DNA from: Entomortierella parvispora E1425
Lineage: Eukaryota; Fungi; Mortierellomycota
Assembly (NCBI GenBank): GCA_020891255.1
Contig: BQFW01000010.1
Location: 682,001 to 746,000, forward strand
DNA length: 64,000 nucleotides
Direction of reading: 5' to 3'
A program made the translations under genes and the position numbers. Positions 12,723 through 24,599 of the stretch are shown one piece after another. Each line of letters begins with the position of its first letter. Position 1 is the stretch's first letter. The notes beneath the pieces are model-generated. The model made no database searches and was not told where the DNA came from. It saw only the letters and a program-made list of their open reading frames with translations.

Positions 12723-13869
12723 TTACACATGTTGGTAAGAGGGCTGGGCCTGGTAGTGTGGGCGATGGGTCTTGGGCACAAACGAGCCACGGTGCTTCCA
12801 GTACTGGAAGCACGCTCCAAAGACCATCATGGCCAAGCTACCAGCGAGCATGCCGTACACCTTGCCCGAGACCTCGTATGTGAATGCTGTGTGGTTGCCC
12901 GCCAAAAAGGCAGTGAACGCGCCAGAGAATCCAGTGTTGAGGAAGTTGTCGAGGCCGACAAAGAACGAGCCCGAGCCGACGATAGCAGTGCCGATAATGA
13001 CAACGTGTCTCTCCACAAAGAATGTCAGAACAATACCGATAATGACACAGGCAATGATGAAGATGGTTCTGCCAGTGCCGTTGGAAATCAAGCCCGACTT
13101 TGCCCAGGAGAGGACAAAGATGGCAAAGTAGAATCCAGCAATGGCTCCGATAGCAGCAAATCCAAGGCGCCAGAAACAAAGGAAGAGAGCACCTCCAATA
13201 ATACCAGCTGCGCCAGCCACGCCGAGATAGACCCACTCAGAGTGAGTGCCATATCCGTCCGTTGGTTGGAAGTTGCGAAGAGCGATCCAAGCCAATGTGC
13301 CTAAATGAACGATTATCAATTTTTTTTGTTAGTTCAGATCTTTAGTCCTGCGTACGGGTTGACTGTCGAAGGGGTCATCTGTCGGCTTTGGCCTAAACAA
13401 ACTATTTTCTTTGATTTTGGTCCTGCCCAAGGAACACAAGGCAGTGCCACACCCTGTCCTGCCCCGGACACAGAAGGAAAACTAGCCCCTTTGCCATTGG
13501 TCATGATCCACTTACTCAGAGTGTAGAATCCAGCAAGGAAGAGAGTGATCTTGAAGAACTTGTGACCAAAGAACGCGAAGAGGAATCCGGCAACCATCAA
13601 AACAATGGCGACAACGGTACCACTGACGGTAATTTTGAAGGTGGCTGTTGGATGAAGTTAAAAAAGTGATTAGTATAAGCAATATCAGTTTGCCGACAGA
13701 AGATAGGACAGAAGCACTGTTATTGCAGAGGCTGGGCCTTACCACCGGGACTGTTTGGGTCAGGGGCTTCGATAGTGCCATCAGGAAGGGCCTGGACCAT
13801 GGATGTGAAGAAGCAGAAGAGAAGGACCAGGAAGGCCATGGACCTCTTCTGTAATGAGCAAGACGCCAT
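12723..13869 (-). CDS. DUF4203/TM7S3-like multipass membrane protein with signal peptide, 3 exons
   Basis: Exon 1 MASCSLQKRSMAFLVLLFCFFTSMVQALP; exon 2 VLMVAGFLFAFFGHKFFKITLFLAGFY; final exon (ORF 12723-13319) has several TM helices with AIGAIAGF and IIGTAIVGS. Confidence 0.8.
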
Positions 13870-16800
13870 TTGTGTGGATAGGAGCGGGAGTGGCGAAAGA
13901 TGTAGTCAGACGGGGATGCGCGGGAAGAAAGAAAGAGAGATGGAATGAATCAATGAATGAAAAGAAAGGAGGAATGAAAGGAGCGAGATGGAGTGAAGAC
14001 AAGAGACAAAAGTCTCAGTGAAGAGTGTCGCACTCCTTTTATACGGCGCCCTTGTACCTGGATGGGACGGGCAAGACACTCACCCACAGAGGGAGAGACA
14101 TTGCAGACACACGCTGGGCCACAGCCCGCAGTCTATTTTTGCCTCCTCTTTCGTCGCTTTGTGCCAGTCCAAGAGACTCTGCCTCGACCGCCCCCTGCGT
14201 CGATCCCGCTCTCTCTGGCTCTTTTCGCTCTTGTTCTGTCCTGGGTCCTGCTAGAATTTAGACTGCAAACTGCAATTTACGCCTCATGACTTCACGCCCA
14301 ATCGTCCGCCGCTGTGGCTGGACGGGGCAACAGCCATTGTTCTTGTGCTCAACTGTCATCAGCCACAGCCTTCTCAAGCTTCTAGAGTCTAAAAGGTCCC
14401 TGACCTTGTTGCCAAGATAGCAACATGGAACGGCCCATTACCAGGCATCTCAGAATTCAGCCCGGTCCCTGACTATGGATAGACTGTGTTTGTCAGCTGG
14501 TGAGGAAAAGTACGATGCCCATTTTCAGTCTTGGAGCAACGCTCTCCTCTTCACTGTCACTGGGCGCATGTCCTTACCCACTTTTTTTTATTTTTTATTT
14601 TTTTATTTTGTTGCTCTGTTTTTATTTGTGCTACCGCCCACCGCCCACGCTATTGTCAAACGACCTTGTTCCTTGTTGTGAGATGAAAAATGATGAGGAT
14701 TGCCTCCGTTTCCCAGAGGACGTGACTCCAATTTCTGGAGAATCGCCCCAGGGCTGTGCAACGCCCAGCTCGATCTATTCTTAGAATCATTTGCCAAGTT
14801 TATTGTTTTTTTTTCAAAGTTCGTTCCCATCATCTTGCGCGACTGCTAGAGGTGATCTTGACTGGTTGATAGGGTGTACTGTACATTGCTGAAACTTGAA
14901 TGGCGAATGCAGATGAAGTGCGAGAGCATTTTCATTATTGCATCTTGGATCAGAAATTGAGGGATATTCCTTCGCTGGTCCACATGGCCCTCAATTTCTA
15001 TTTCAAGGAATATTTATATGATGCGTTGTTATCAGCAGCGGCCATCAGAGCCGCCCTCAACTAAGCCTGAGCTCCAACCAGGCTCTACCCTGGATAATGA
15101 GCGGAAAAAGTTGAAAGCAAACAGTGGATTTTGTATGTATGAGAGCTGTTCTCGGTTTGATATTAAACCCAAGCTGCACTTTACACAGCTTGGTGGCTTA
15201 TCGCTGCCACAGCAAAATCAAAGCTCTCACCATCACTGATGGATCGCGCGAGAGAGAGCATACATGCAGTACCGGTACCTAAACACATTCCAACGTTATT
15301 ATGTTATTAATCTATCGACCGATACTTTTATAAAATGTGATATCCTCGCAAGTCAGCTAACGCAGGGGCCAATGAATTATGGGCGGTGTCTGCTTGGGCA
15401 TCTATGAAGAAGAGGCCAAAGTATTTGATGTGGGATAGTGTTCAGGATATATAATAACCCTTGACTTGCCAATTCATATTGATGTAGGAGCACTGGACGT
15501 GTGGCTCTGTTTTAACAGATGTACACAGTGGCCCAGACGGAAAAAAAACTGGATTATCAGTGGAAGCCCTCGGGGAATCTAGACATCCCGTCCGCAATGC
15601 CGTTTTGACTGATGTAGGTTGCTTTCCATTGATGCATCATAATCAATAGTCGTTTTGGAGAGAGAACTCAGGAGGCAAGGATCGAAGTGAATGGGCGATC
15701 AATCCTCGAAATATTGTGAACAACCATCAAGACAAGCCCCCTTCTCTTTCATTTTTTATGCAAAGACCAGTTTCCATATACCATCGCGCCTGTCAGATCC
15801 TAAGAGGTGGCCAAAGCTGTGGCCAATCTATTGGTTTCACAACCAAGAACCTCATCTAAGAACGGTATCCTATCTACCAGTGGCCAACAGCACTGCCGAT
15901 CCTTCGACTTGACCTTGTATGGGGTTTTATGAGAGCTGTGATTAACGGTCTCAATGACTGGTCATCATGGAGAGGACAGGGACCGGGATGGCTATGTCCT
16001 CTGAGGCTCACCCCCTCTGGTGAGATGGTCAAGTCCAAGATCGACCTCTCGGTAGAGATTTTTTCCTCCCATCATCAGGCCTTCAGCCTTCTCAACCGTT
16101 GCTCGGAGGGAAATAGAAACGGAGGATTTCCAGACCGCTTGCAAGGAAACCGTGGCTACTGACAAGAGACATCTGAGAGATAAAGAAACAAGCCAGTCGT
16201 CGCTTTCACCACTACTGCTGCTGCAAAAGGAGACAAGGAGCCGATTGCCCTTGAAAAAAGTCACTTTAATACAAATAAGCATACAGATCAAAACATTTCA
16301 AACGTCTTGGGTGAAGAGCCACGCGGTCTGAGCGCACTCAGGAACTTTTGGGCGAAGTCGCTTATTTGCATATGTGCCTGATCCTGAGACAGACATGAAT
16401 GTCGTAACCAGAGAAAGAATGCTTACTTAGACGAGGTACTCCTGTCATTCTTTCCTTCGGTTCAGCTTTCACATGGCGTGGGAAAATGGCTTTTCAGCTT
16501 GTGCATGCGTGCGAAATGGAGCTAAACATTGACCTTCATGTCGCCATTGTTGTTGCTCATTGCCAGCGAATGCATTCTTTGGGACCAAGAGCAGTTCACT
16601 GTTCAACTGTCTGAAAGTTTATTTCGTTTGCCATTTCTATCTAGTGGTCTGCTCTCAGTCAACCCGGGCTCTTTGATCAAAGAACCGAAGCTGTGCAGGA
16701 TGCGCCAACGAGCAGGCGGCAGACCTTTCGCATCCCAAAAATGTGCGGTGGCAACCCATCATCGTGAGGAACATCAAGGACGTGTCTTGTTCAGACGATT

Positions 16801-18905
16801 CATCTCCTTTATGAACTTACGAGGCTCCTTCTGGAACCGTTTGATCGGTATCCTTCTCAGAGAACTGATCTCGCCGACAACCTTGCCACCTTATACCCGA
16901 CCTTCCCCTAAGCCAAGTAGAGATCCGGCGGACGTAGCGCCTTCATGTCAATAGTGCATAGGTCAGTTGTATCATCGACCAAGGAGGGAGGATTACGTCC
17001 TTGTTCAGGTAACTCCTCTGACAATCGGCAGTGGTGATCGGGTCCGAAGCCTCAATAATAAAGTGAGCAGCCCCTCGAGAGGAACATACTACACTGGCAA
17101 CTAGTACACCGCACTCCTCTCGTCAGCTCGGCTGGGATACGAGGATGCTCGTTTCAGCGCCGCTATGCAGTGGCCGTGAAAGAACTCGCCGACAATACAA
17201 ACTCTTCCCTCAAGACATACCTTCTGATCGCACTAATGAAGTCCTTAGACTCCCTCATGTGAAAAGGCAATTCTCAAAAAGTCCACGATCAGCCAAACAG
17301 GGCTCCGCCCTTCCTTTGTATTGGAGTGAAGAGAGCTCGTCCTCAAAAAAGCACAACAAAAAAGGACACGAGCTCCTTCAACTCACACCGGTGAACTTCA
17401 GCTCAAGGTGGATACTCACACATCCACTTGGGCCTTGCGTCTCTCAACCAGACAAAGACCTGGGCATAAGCCTCAAAGATCTAAACTGAACCCAGAGTAG
17501 AAGGTCACTGGGCTTGGGCATCACCCCAGAGCCGTTGACTTTGAACAAGGGTTCGACCCACACTTCCGGCCACGCTCAAAGGACGAGCTACTGACCAGAG
17601 GTTGTGGCAGAGAAGTGTTGTTGTCCGGGCGGTGTAGAGAGGGGAGCGTGAAGTTACCTTTGGTGCTTCCCTGAAGGCTTTCTTGCCGGGTCTTGGAGGA
17701 TGGCGGTGAACGAACCCAGCATCGCGAGAACAGGGTAAGGACAGAGACAAGGATCTCCAAGACAGAGCAGACAATATGTGCAAGCAGAGAACTTAAAGTA
17801 TAAGTGAAGATGAGTGGTGGGTAGTTGGGAAGTGGGAGGTGGGATGGGTGAAGAGAGAAGGAAAAGAAGGAAAAGGAAAGAAGCAAAAAAACGGCTTTTT
17901 ATGATGAACTGGCAAGCAGGGTCCAAAGGTCCAGCGCTCCTTAATCATCAACAACGCGTGCCAAGCGCATTCAACTCACAGTATGGATATCCATGTACTA
18001 CATGGAGATTCGCCCATCGCGTACTGGTACCATGCGGCAGTTTTGTCAACCATCGCAAAGGTCGAGCATCAATGGCAATCCTGCTTAACAGTATGGCGGT
18101 CTGCGGGATATCCGTGGAGGTACTGAGACATTGCACCAGCCCTCATCGCCCGCTGGCAAGAGCTTCTTCCTCTCACGGATGCCCTATTTGTGTAGCTAAT
18201 CCGCCCATGGATGACAGGGTCGCGCACTCTACACTCTTCCGGCCCTTGCTATTGACAATCAGCTACCAGCATGGGGTCATACGAGCATTTCTCCTTCTTG
18301 GCACACTAATGAGCAATGACACCCTAACGAACAATGGTGCCCTTCACCAGCTTCCTTCTCCTCGACGTGACTTGGGGTTGCTGTTGTGTGTCTCATTGTC
18401 CCTCACCCCACTGCTCATTCAAAACTCCACATGTCGCGTCTCCCAGCGGTGCGCATTTTTTTCCGCGCTGACACACATGTACACGCCACCAATTTGGGAA
18501 CTTTTTTTTTTCTTTTTTTTTGAGCTTCCATGCCGCACGTTTTTGCTCAACAGCACGAGGAGGTAGACCTTATATTAGTGGTACAGATGAATGCACAGAC
18601 AACTCCTCACCAATATAAACGGCTAACCAACGATCCTCATATACAGTCCCGTCGACCAGAACGATCGAGGATTTACAATAGAAAGGAAAAGGGCTCTGTA
18701 GATCCGGTTTACTCTTCTTTCTCGCGTATCAAAGGGAGAAGTGCCCAATTGGCGAAGCTGGTCATCATGGACGGGGAAATACGAGAGTTTAAGCCACGTC
18801 TCGTAGTATACCGTGCACAATGTACCAAGATACATCGATGAAAGGACCAACAACGGACATCACTTGAGATTTATTGCGTGAGACAATTGCGACTCCATTT
18901 TAGAT

Positions 18906-19088
18906 TTAGGAAGGACATCTTCCAACAAACACCCCGCATTGGAGTTGACCTTTAATGATGCAGCAGCGCGGGACTTCATCGACATCGGCGGCAATAGTGT
19001 TTTCGGCGGCAGGGATAGCAGCGGCAGAGGTCATAGTCAAGACGACGGAGAGGACAAAGACGGTAGCGGAGGCGATGTAAAACTTCAT
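18906..19088 (-). CDS. Small secreted cysteine-rich peptide precursor (60 aa)
   Basis: Signal peptide MKFYIASATVFVLSVVLTMTSA, acidic pro-region ENTIAADVDEVPR, C-terminal CCIIKGQLQCGVFVGRCPS. TATTTAAA about 85 nt upstream and AATAAA about 30 nt downstream of the stop. Confidence 0.75.
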   Translation of the reverse strand: MKFYIASATVFVLSVVLTMTSAAAIPAAENTIAADVDEVPRCCIIKGQLQCGVFVGRCPS

Positions 19089-20119
19089 TGTTGGCAGTGA
19101 AAGGAAAGGTTGAGTTTTGAGATATTGGGTGAGAATGGATAAGAAAAAGAGGAAGAAGGACTATAACTTGGTTTAAATACCTTCTTGGCAGAAAAATGTA
19201 ATGTAGGAATGTAGGAAGCAGCAATATTTGTGCCATACCAAATGCAAGAAAAAAACACGAACCATTCGCCCCATCCTCTCCCATAATTCTACGGCCAAAA
19301 GGCAGAATGCGATGTTCTTTGTTTGTAAACATGGTCGTCTTGGCAAGGACAGCCGCGTTACAATTGAGCGAAATAAGTGGAGCAGGGGCAGCGATGAGCA
19401 TTTTTGGACCAAACGCAACCGTTGGACGTTCACTCCCACGGGCGCAAGATCCAAATGAGGGCGCGTTCCACTGTAAACCTAGTTTTTTGCCCCCACCCCC
19501 CGTCTCCAGTTTGCCGTCAAGAACGAGTAAATATTGTTTCTTGCCCGTGTTTGTCGCCCTACCTATATGATGTCCTCGGCAATTCTTGTCAAGTCACCTG
19601 AACCTCTTCCTATATTAACTTGCAGGATGCGTAGGTGGTAATGGTCATGCTCAGTGGGTCGGCGAGGGCGTTTTTGGGCAGCATTCTGTCACTTTCAAAT
19701 ATGTCGTTAAGTTTTGTGGTCGAGAGCCTATTGACGGGTAGATAGATATTGAAGATAGCATGAGCAGTTCGTGCGGACAATATCCTTGCATTGCACCTTG
19801 GATTAACCGATATGGTCGTTTATGATCTCTAGGTACCCGGGTCAGAGCTGAACACGCGTCTTGTAAATGTACACCAGTTATTGTTTCTTTGTTTGACAGA
19901 CTCGAAATGCACCATGGATACCTTGGTGACTTGTCGTCTCTGTCACAGCGACAAGCCAGGTTCGTCACAAAAGGCTCTCAGACACTGGCTACTAGGTCCA
20001 AAAAAACCTGGTGCCTGATTGGTACACAAGCTTAAGGGTTCCGAGGACAAGGTGCATTGTTTTGTGAATCACTTCGATTCATCACCTCCATCAACAATAA
20101 CCCTTCGTTCATCCACATC

Positions 20120-21694
20120 ATGGCCTTCCATTCCCTTAACCACCTTACTCAACCCCTGCAGTCGTTTGTGTTAATTGATTCTGAGGCTTCAGCCGTGTCC
20201 GCCGCTCTCTTGACTCCCGAGCCTTCAGACGTCATCTCAGCTTTTGATATCCAAGAGCCCACAATCGTGGGGCCCGTTATTTCAACCTCCAAGCAACAGT
20301 CCATACCAACAGGCGCGCTAGATCTCCCTGAGGTTTTGGAGCAGGTCTTCAAGCATCTCCCTGATTCGGATCTGCTGCACTGCTTGACCGTTTGCAAGGC
20401 GTGGTTTGAGTCTTCTACGCGCAAACTGTGGCATTCTCTCAATGCCAAGGACTGGTCCCACCCAAGCATCGTCCAAAGCGGCCACAAGTATGTCCACTAC
20501 ATCGAAGAGCTCCACTGTGCACCAACGGCCAGCCTAGCCCCCTTTACTAGAGCTGCACAGGGTAATTTGAAATTGCGGGTTTTGGAGCCACCTACGCTGA
20601 CTCTGGTCAACACAAGACAGGTCCTCGAGACGGTGATGGTTGCACAAAACACGATCGAGGACCTGACTCTTGTATTTTCTCATGCGGATGATCACCTCCA
20701 CAAGGAATTCTTGGCCGCCATCTCACAGCTTCAAAAGTTGAGGTCCCTTGTCCTGCACAAAGCACGCGCTCCCATTGAGTCATATGAGCGCTTTCTGGAA
20801 CAGGCTCCTAAGACCTTGGAATATTTGAGCTTTGAATGCTGCTGGACTGTGGCAAATTCAGCGCAATCGGATTCTTATGACCAACAAAAACGATCTAGGT
20901 TGACACCCGAGACTCCCACCAACAACTTGAAGCGGATCCAGATTATCGGTCCTCAACATAGCTTTGACACGGTCCTCAGGATTACGCGGTACACTCCGTT
21001 GCTGGAATCGTTAATACTTTCTGATGGAGTGCAGCCGTTCTTTGATGTGCGTGGCGCTCCTGCGGCTGATAACCGGCCTCTCAAGGAACTCAAAGGACTT
21101 TTACCTGTTCATTGTCCTTTGCTCACAAACCTCACCATGGAGACGCTGGCTAGTATTGACGCTTTAGGATTCAGGTTGCTTTTGGAAGCTGTTCCCAACA
21201 TTCGGTCTTTCACGACAACTCAAAAGGACAATCCCACAAATTTTATAATGCAGCAGCGACTGAGAAACTACCAGCTGTTTATGTTTTCCAACATGAAGAC
21301 TTTGGGCAGCGTTGTTGGTCCTAAACTGGTGTCGCTCACCGTGGAGTCGGCAGTGGTCCTAGCCTTAATTTCGACTGAAGCCTTGACAATGTTCCCAAAG
21401 CTGAAATACCTAAAGTTGGTGGAGACAGGGATTCATGTGGATGACTCTACTGTTGTGAACTGGGTGTGCAAGGATCTCGAGACGTTGGAGATGGTGGCGA
21501 TCGGACCTCGTGATTGGACACCTCCGGAGACACATTCAGAATGGATCAAGGAAGGCAAAGGTATGCCGTCGACAGGAGCAGATTTTGTCCGCAGGAACAA
21601 TCGATTCCAACTCTTTGAGAAATTTGTTGCCAAGGTCAATGGTCTGCGCAAGTTGGACAAGCACCGTATTGAATTTTACAGTTTTCAGCAATAA
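20120..21694 (+). CDS. F-box domain/RNI-like LRR protein, single exon
   Basis: ORF 20057-21694 with likely ATG at 20120; F-box ALDLPEVLEQVFKHLPDSDLLHCLTVCKAWFESSTRKLW; LRR-like repeats; WVCKDLETLEM. Confidence 0.85.
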   Translation: MAFHSLNHLTQPLQSFVLIDSEASAVSAALLTPEPSDVISAFDIQEPTIVGPVISTSKQQSIPTGALDLPEVLEQVFKHLPDSDLLHCLTVCKAWFESSTRKLWHSLNAKDWSHPSIVQSGHKYVHYIEELHCAPTASLAPFTRAAQGNLKLRVLEPPTLTLVNTRQVLETVMVAQNTIEDLTLVFSHADDHLHKEFLAAISQLQKLRSLVLHKARAPIESYERFLEQAPKTLEYLSFECCWTVANSAQSDSYDQQKRSRLTPETPTNNLKRIQIIGPQHSFDTVLRITRYTPLLESLILSDGVQPFFDVRGAPAADNRPLKELKGLLPVHCPLLTNLTMETLASIDALGFRLLLEAVPNIRSFTTTQKDNPTNFIMQQRLRNYQLFMFSNMKTLGSVVGPKLVSLTVESAVVLALISTEALTMFPKLKYLKLVETGIHVDDSTVVNWVCKDLETLEMVAIGPRDWTPPETHSEWIKEGKGMPSTGADFVRRNNRFQLFEKFVAKVNGLRKLDKHRIEFYSFQQ

Positions 21695-21738
21695 ATATTT
21701 ATTAACCATATATGAGTTGACAAAGTGGCTCATGGTGG

Positions 21739-24411
21739 TTAAGGAGCACTAACACGGAGTCGTGGCATACGACCATTCAATGATTTCAAAAGAGGCGCAA
21801 TAGATTTCACATATGTGTGATGGCCATCGTAGCCGGAAGATTCAGTACCTCGTGGCAGTCTCATAGCACGCAAAAGATTTCCGAATCCAAATCCAGGTGG
21901 CCCTGGGAAACGAGCTGGCACGTCACTGCTTGACTGGTACATTCTGTCAGGGTCATAGTTTGCCTCTTTCAATCGATCCTCGGTTCGGCGCGAGATGAGT
22001 TCAATCACCTCCAATTGAGGCCAGTGTCTAGAAATCCAGTCAAACTCAGCTTGGCCCATCCTGTCCTTTCGCAGGGTCCTGTCTTGACGAAAAGACCCTC
22101 GCAGCTCACGAAGATGAGTAAGACCAGCCAATGCAGACAGGTACCCGCCGCTCTGAGATCTCATCCTCTCTTTGTTCGAGCTTGAGTGGCCGAAAGTTTC
22201 GAAGACCAGCTCATCCGCAGAGTCCAATTTGAGCCATCCAGGAAAATTGAGATCTTTATAATGCCGCTCTAATGGAACGTGCTCGTGTTCCATTGTTTCA
22301 GACCTAGTGGCGATTTGCAAGTCCAAGACCCTCAACTCGGTCAGTCGTCCAATCTTTCGACACAGACGTTCCAATGCGCTTGCTGAGGCACATCCTGGAC
22401 CCAAGTCAATATTATCTGAAAGGGCCATAGTTTCCGCAGACAAAGTCGTCCCTCCTCCGTTTGCATTACCTGCAGGCGTTGGTCGGGTCTGCTGAGGATT
22501 AATGTACAGCTTCAAAAACTGGATCTTGTCGCAAACCCAACGTACAATGACTGCGTCGCCCAATCCGATAGCGCACTGACTAGGGGAACAACAGTCAACC
22601 TCCAGATGCTCAAGGCCAGAACAAAGACTTAGTATTGCTTGGAGGGTCGCACTCCTGACCCCGCGGCACCCAATAAATCGAATCACTGTCAGAAAAGGTG
22701 CCGAGTGTAGAGACGAGAGAGACGTATTACTTGCACAGAGTTTCGCATGGCGTTCGATCGCTCGCATTAGTCCACTGTCTTGATCAAGGAAATATTGAAA
22801 GTGAAGGCTTCGGATAGTATAGTCCTCTTCCCTCGACTCTCGTTCTTGAGACTGAGCTTGGCCACGAGGTTGATGATGCTGAGGTAATTGCTTTGGCAAG
22901 GCCTGTGCTCGACCTTCGGAGATCTGGTTCATCAGAGTTACGGCCTCTTGGTTTAAATCAACGTGGCGCTCTAGGACCGCTATGTGTCTCAGTCGTGGGC
23001 AGTAATGTTGAACTGACTGAGCCATTATCTCCACATCGTCTGAGCCTTCCATGCGCGGCACGTTTAATGATTCCAGAGCAGGGCACTGCTTTAAAATAGC
23101 TCTCATTAGATCGCTTGGATATCCAGAGGCCATTAAAGGCAGCTGAAGAAACTTGAGATGCAATAGCGGCATCATTCGAGCAGAGACAGGTCGATCCCAT
23201 AACGGGTCCAATTCCCAGTCTAAATCGCCATAAGCGCAGCTGTCACGAGCAAGTTGATTAGGATTAAAGAAAACACCTTCGCGTTCCACGAATCCACTTT
23301 CCGTATTGATGTCATCCTCGACATCCTCAAAATGGCGTGTCTTGTTGACAGTAAGATCCATCAAAGGAACCCGAATGTCTATGCGGAATCTCATGATAAG
23401 CGACTCCAAAGATTTTGATGGGCAAGCAAAGAAGATGACTCTGCAGGCTTGAAGAGGTATAGGTCCAGTATTGAACGTGTTGATCTCAAATTTCCGTAAG
23501 CACTCGAGATGCGGGAGGGTTTGGGCCAGAACGCGTACCACGGAGGCGTTTTCCAAATCGAGTCCATGCAGTGTGAGATGAGTCATGAGTGTTGAAACTC
23601 GAGACTTTGCTGGTGTGAAGCGTGGGCGAGGTTCTTCATGTAGAGAACTTGGATGTATACGCAAGGAGGTGAGAGCATCCGTTTGGAGTATAGAGGCCTG
23701 CAAATGGCATTGGAGTACCCATAAGACTTTCAGTGAAGATGAAGCTGTCTTGGATGGATGCGCTTCTCTCAGAATGGCGCACTCAAACCGTCTAAGACAG
23801 GCAAAGGGTGCAACCGGTTGGACGTCAACCTCTGGTCGATTCAGGCGAGGCCGTCTATTGACGAGGCTCTCATATGCGGATCTCGTTTTTGAATCATTGG
23901 TCTTGATAAATGTGCCGTCGCTTGCCATGAACATTGGAGCAAAAGAGTCCATGGCCAGCCATTGGTCCAAATATGAGGTCAGAGAGTCAAAGTACGCGTC
24001 CTGAAACACGCTGCGGCTTTTGACCAAGAAAACCCGACCCGCATTCCTGGCCAAAGCAGCCATTGCTTCCTGGGAGCTGACAAAGACTCTGTCGGACATG
24101 AGTTGCCGCCGATCGTGAAGAAGCCTGCGATCATCCAAAAAGTAATATTCGAACGCACTGCCTGACGAGAACGGAAGTGAATCCAGTGGCATAAACGGTG
24201 ATGTGACACCTGGTGGAAGCTCCCTGTTCTCACGCAGCTTCTGTTGTGGCAAAAAATCTATACCCTTGGTCCAAAAGCAGGCCTGTACGATGGCATGGAG
24301 GGACTTGTCAACTCTCATTAGCCAAAGTTGCTCACGCCGTGCAAGATGGAGGGTCAGGCACTCGACAAGTTCTGGAGTCTGGAAAAAGATCCTGCATGCA
24401 TCGACAGACAT
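21739..24411 (-). CDS. F-box-like/RNI-like LRR protein, single exon of about 890 aa
   Basis: Long uninterrupted ORF; F-box-like FFQTPELVECLTLHLARREQLWLMRVDK; LRR-like LKQCPALESLNVP, WVCDKIQFLKL, LCRKIGRLTELRVLDL, WISRHWPQLEVI. Confidence 0.8.
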   Translation of the reverse strand: MSVDACRIFFQTPELVECLTLHLARREQLWLMRVDKSLHAIVQACFWTKGIDFLPQQKLRENRELPPGVTSPFMPLDSLPFSSGSAFEYYFLDDRRLLHDRRQLMSDRVFVSSQEAMAALARNAGRVFLVKSRSVFQDAYFDSLTSYLDQWLAMDSFAPMFMASDGTFIKTNDSKTRSAYESLVNRRPRLNRPEVDVQPVAPFACLRRFECAILREAHPSKTASSSLKVLWVLQCHLQASILQTDALTSLRIHPSSLHEEPRPRFTPAKSRVSTLMTHLTLHGLDLENASVVRVLAQTLPHLECLRKFEINTFNTGPIPLQACRVIFFACPSKSLESLIMRFRIDIRVPLMDLTVNKTRHFEDVEDDINTESGFVEREGVFFNPNQLARDSCAYGDLDWELDPLWDRPVSARMMPLLHLKFLQLPLMASGYPSDLMRAILKQCPALESLNVPRMEGSDDVEIMAQSVQHYCPRLRHIAVLERHVDLNQEAVTLMNQISEGRAQALPKQLPQHHQPRGQAQSQERESREEDYTIRSLHFQYFLDQDSGLMRAIERHAKLCASNTSLSSLHSAPFLTVIRFIGCRGVRSATLQAILSLCSGLEHLEVDCCSPSQCAIGLGDAVIVRWVCDKIQFLKLYINPQQTRPTPAGNANGGGTTLSAETMALSDNIDLGPGCASASALERLCRKIGRLTELRVLDLQIATRSETMEHEHVPLERHYKDLNFPGWLKLDSADELVFETFGHSSSNKERMRSQSGGYLSALAGLTHLRELRGSFRQDRTLRKDRMGQAEFDWISRHWPQLEVIELISRRTEDRLKEANYDPDRMYQSSSDVPARFPGPPGFGFGNLLRAMRLPRGTESSGYDGHHTYVKSIAPLLKSLNGRMPRLRVSAP

Positions 24412-24599
24412 GAGGAACAATGGTTTCTGAGAAATGCGTCACGGAAGAAAGAGAGAAGGGTGAATGTAGGGTTGAAGGAAGGGAAAGACTGCGGATGATT
24501 TGCCAAGGATGGGCGAATCAGAATGACCTGGGGATGGTGGCAAAAAGCAAAAACTCCACGCGGTGGCAACGCGCCACATGACGTGTTTTATTTTAGAGC

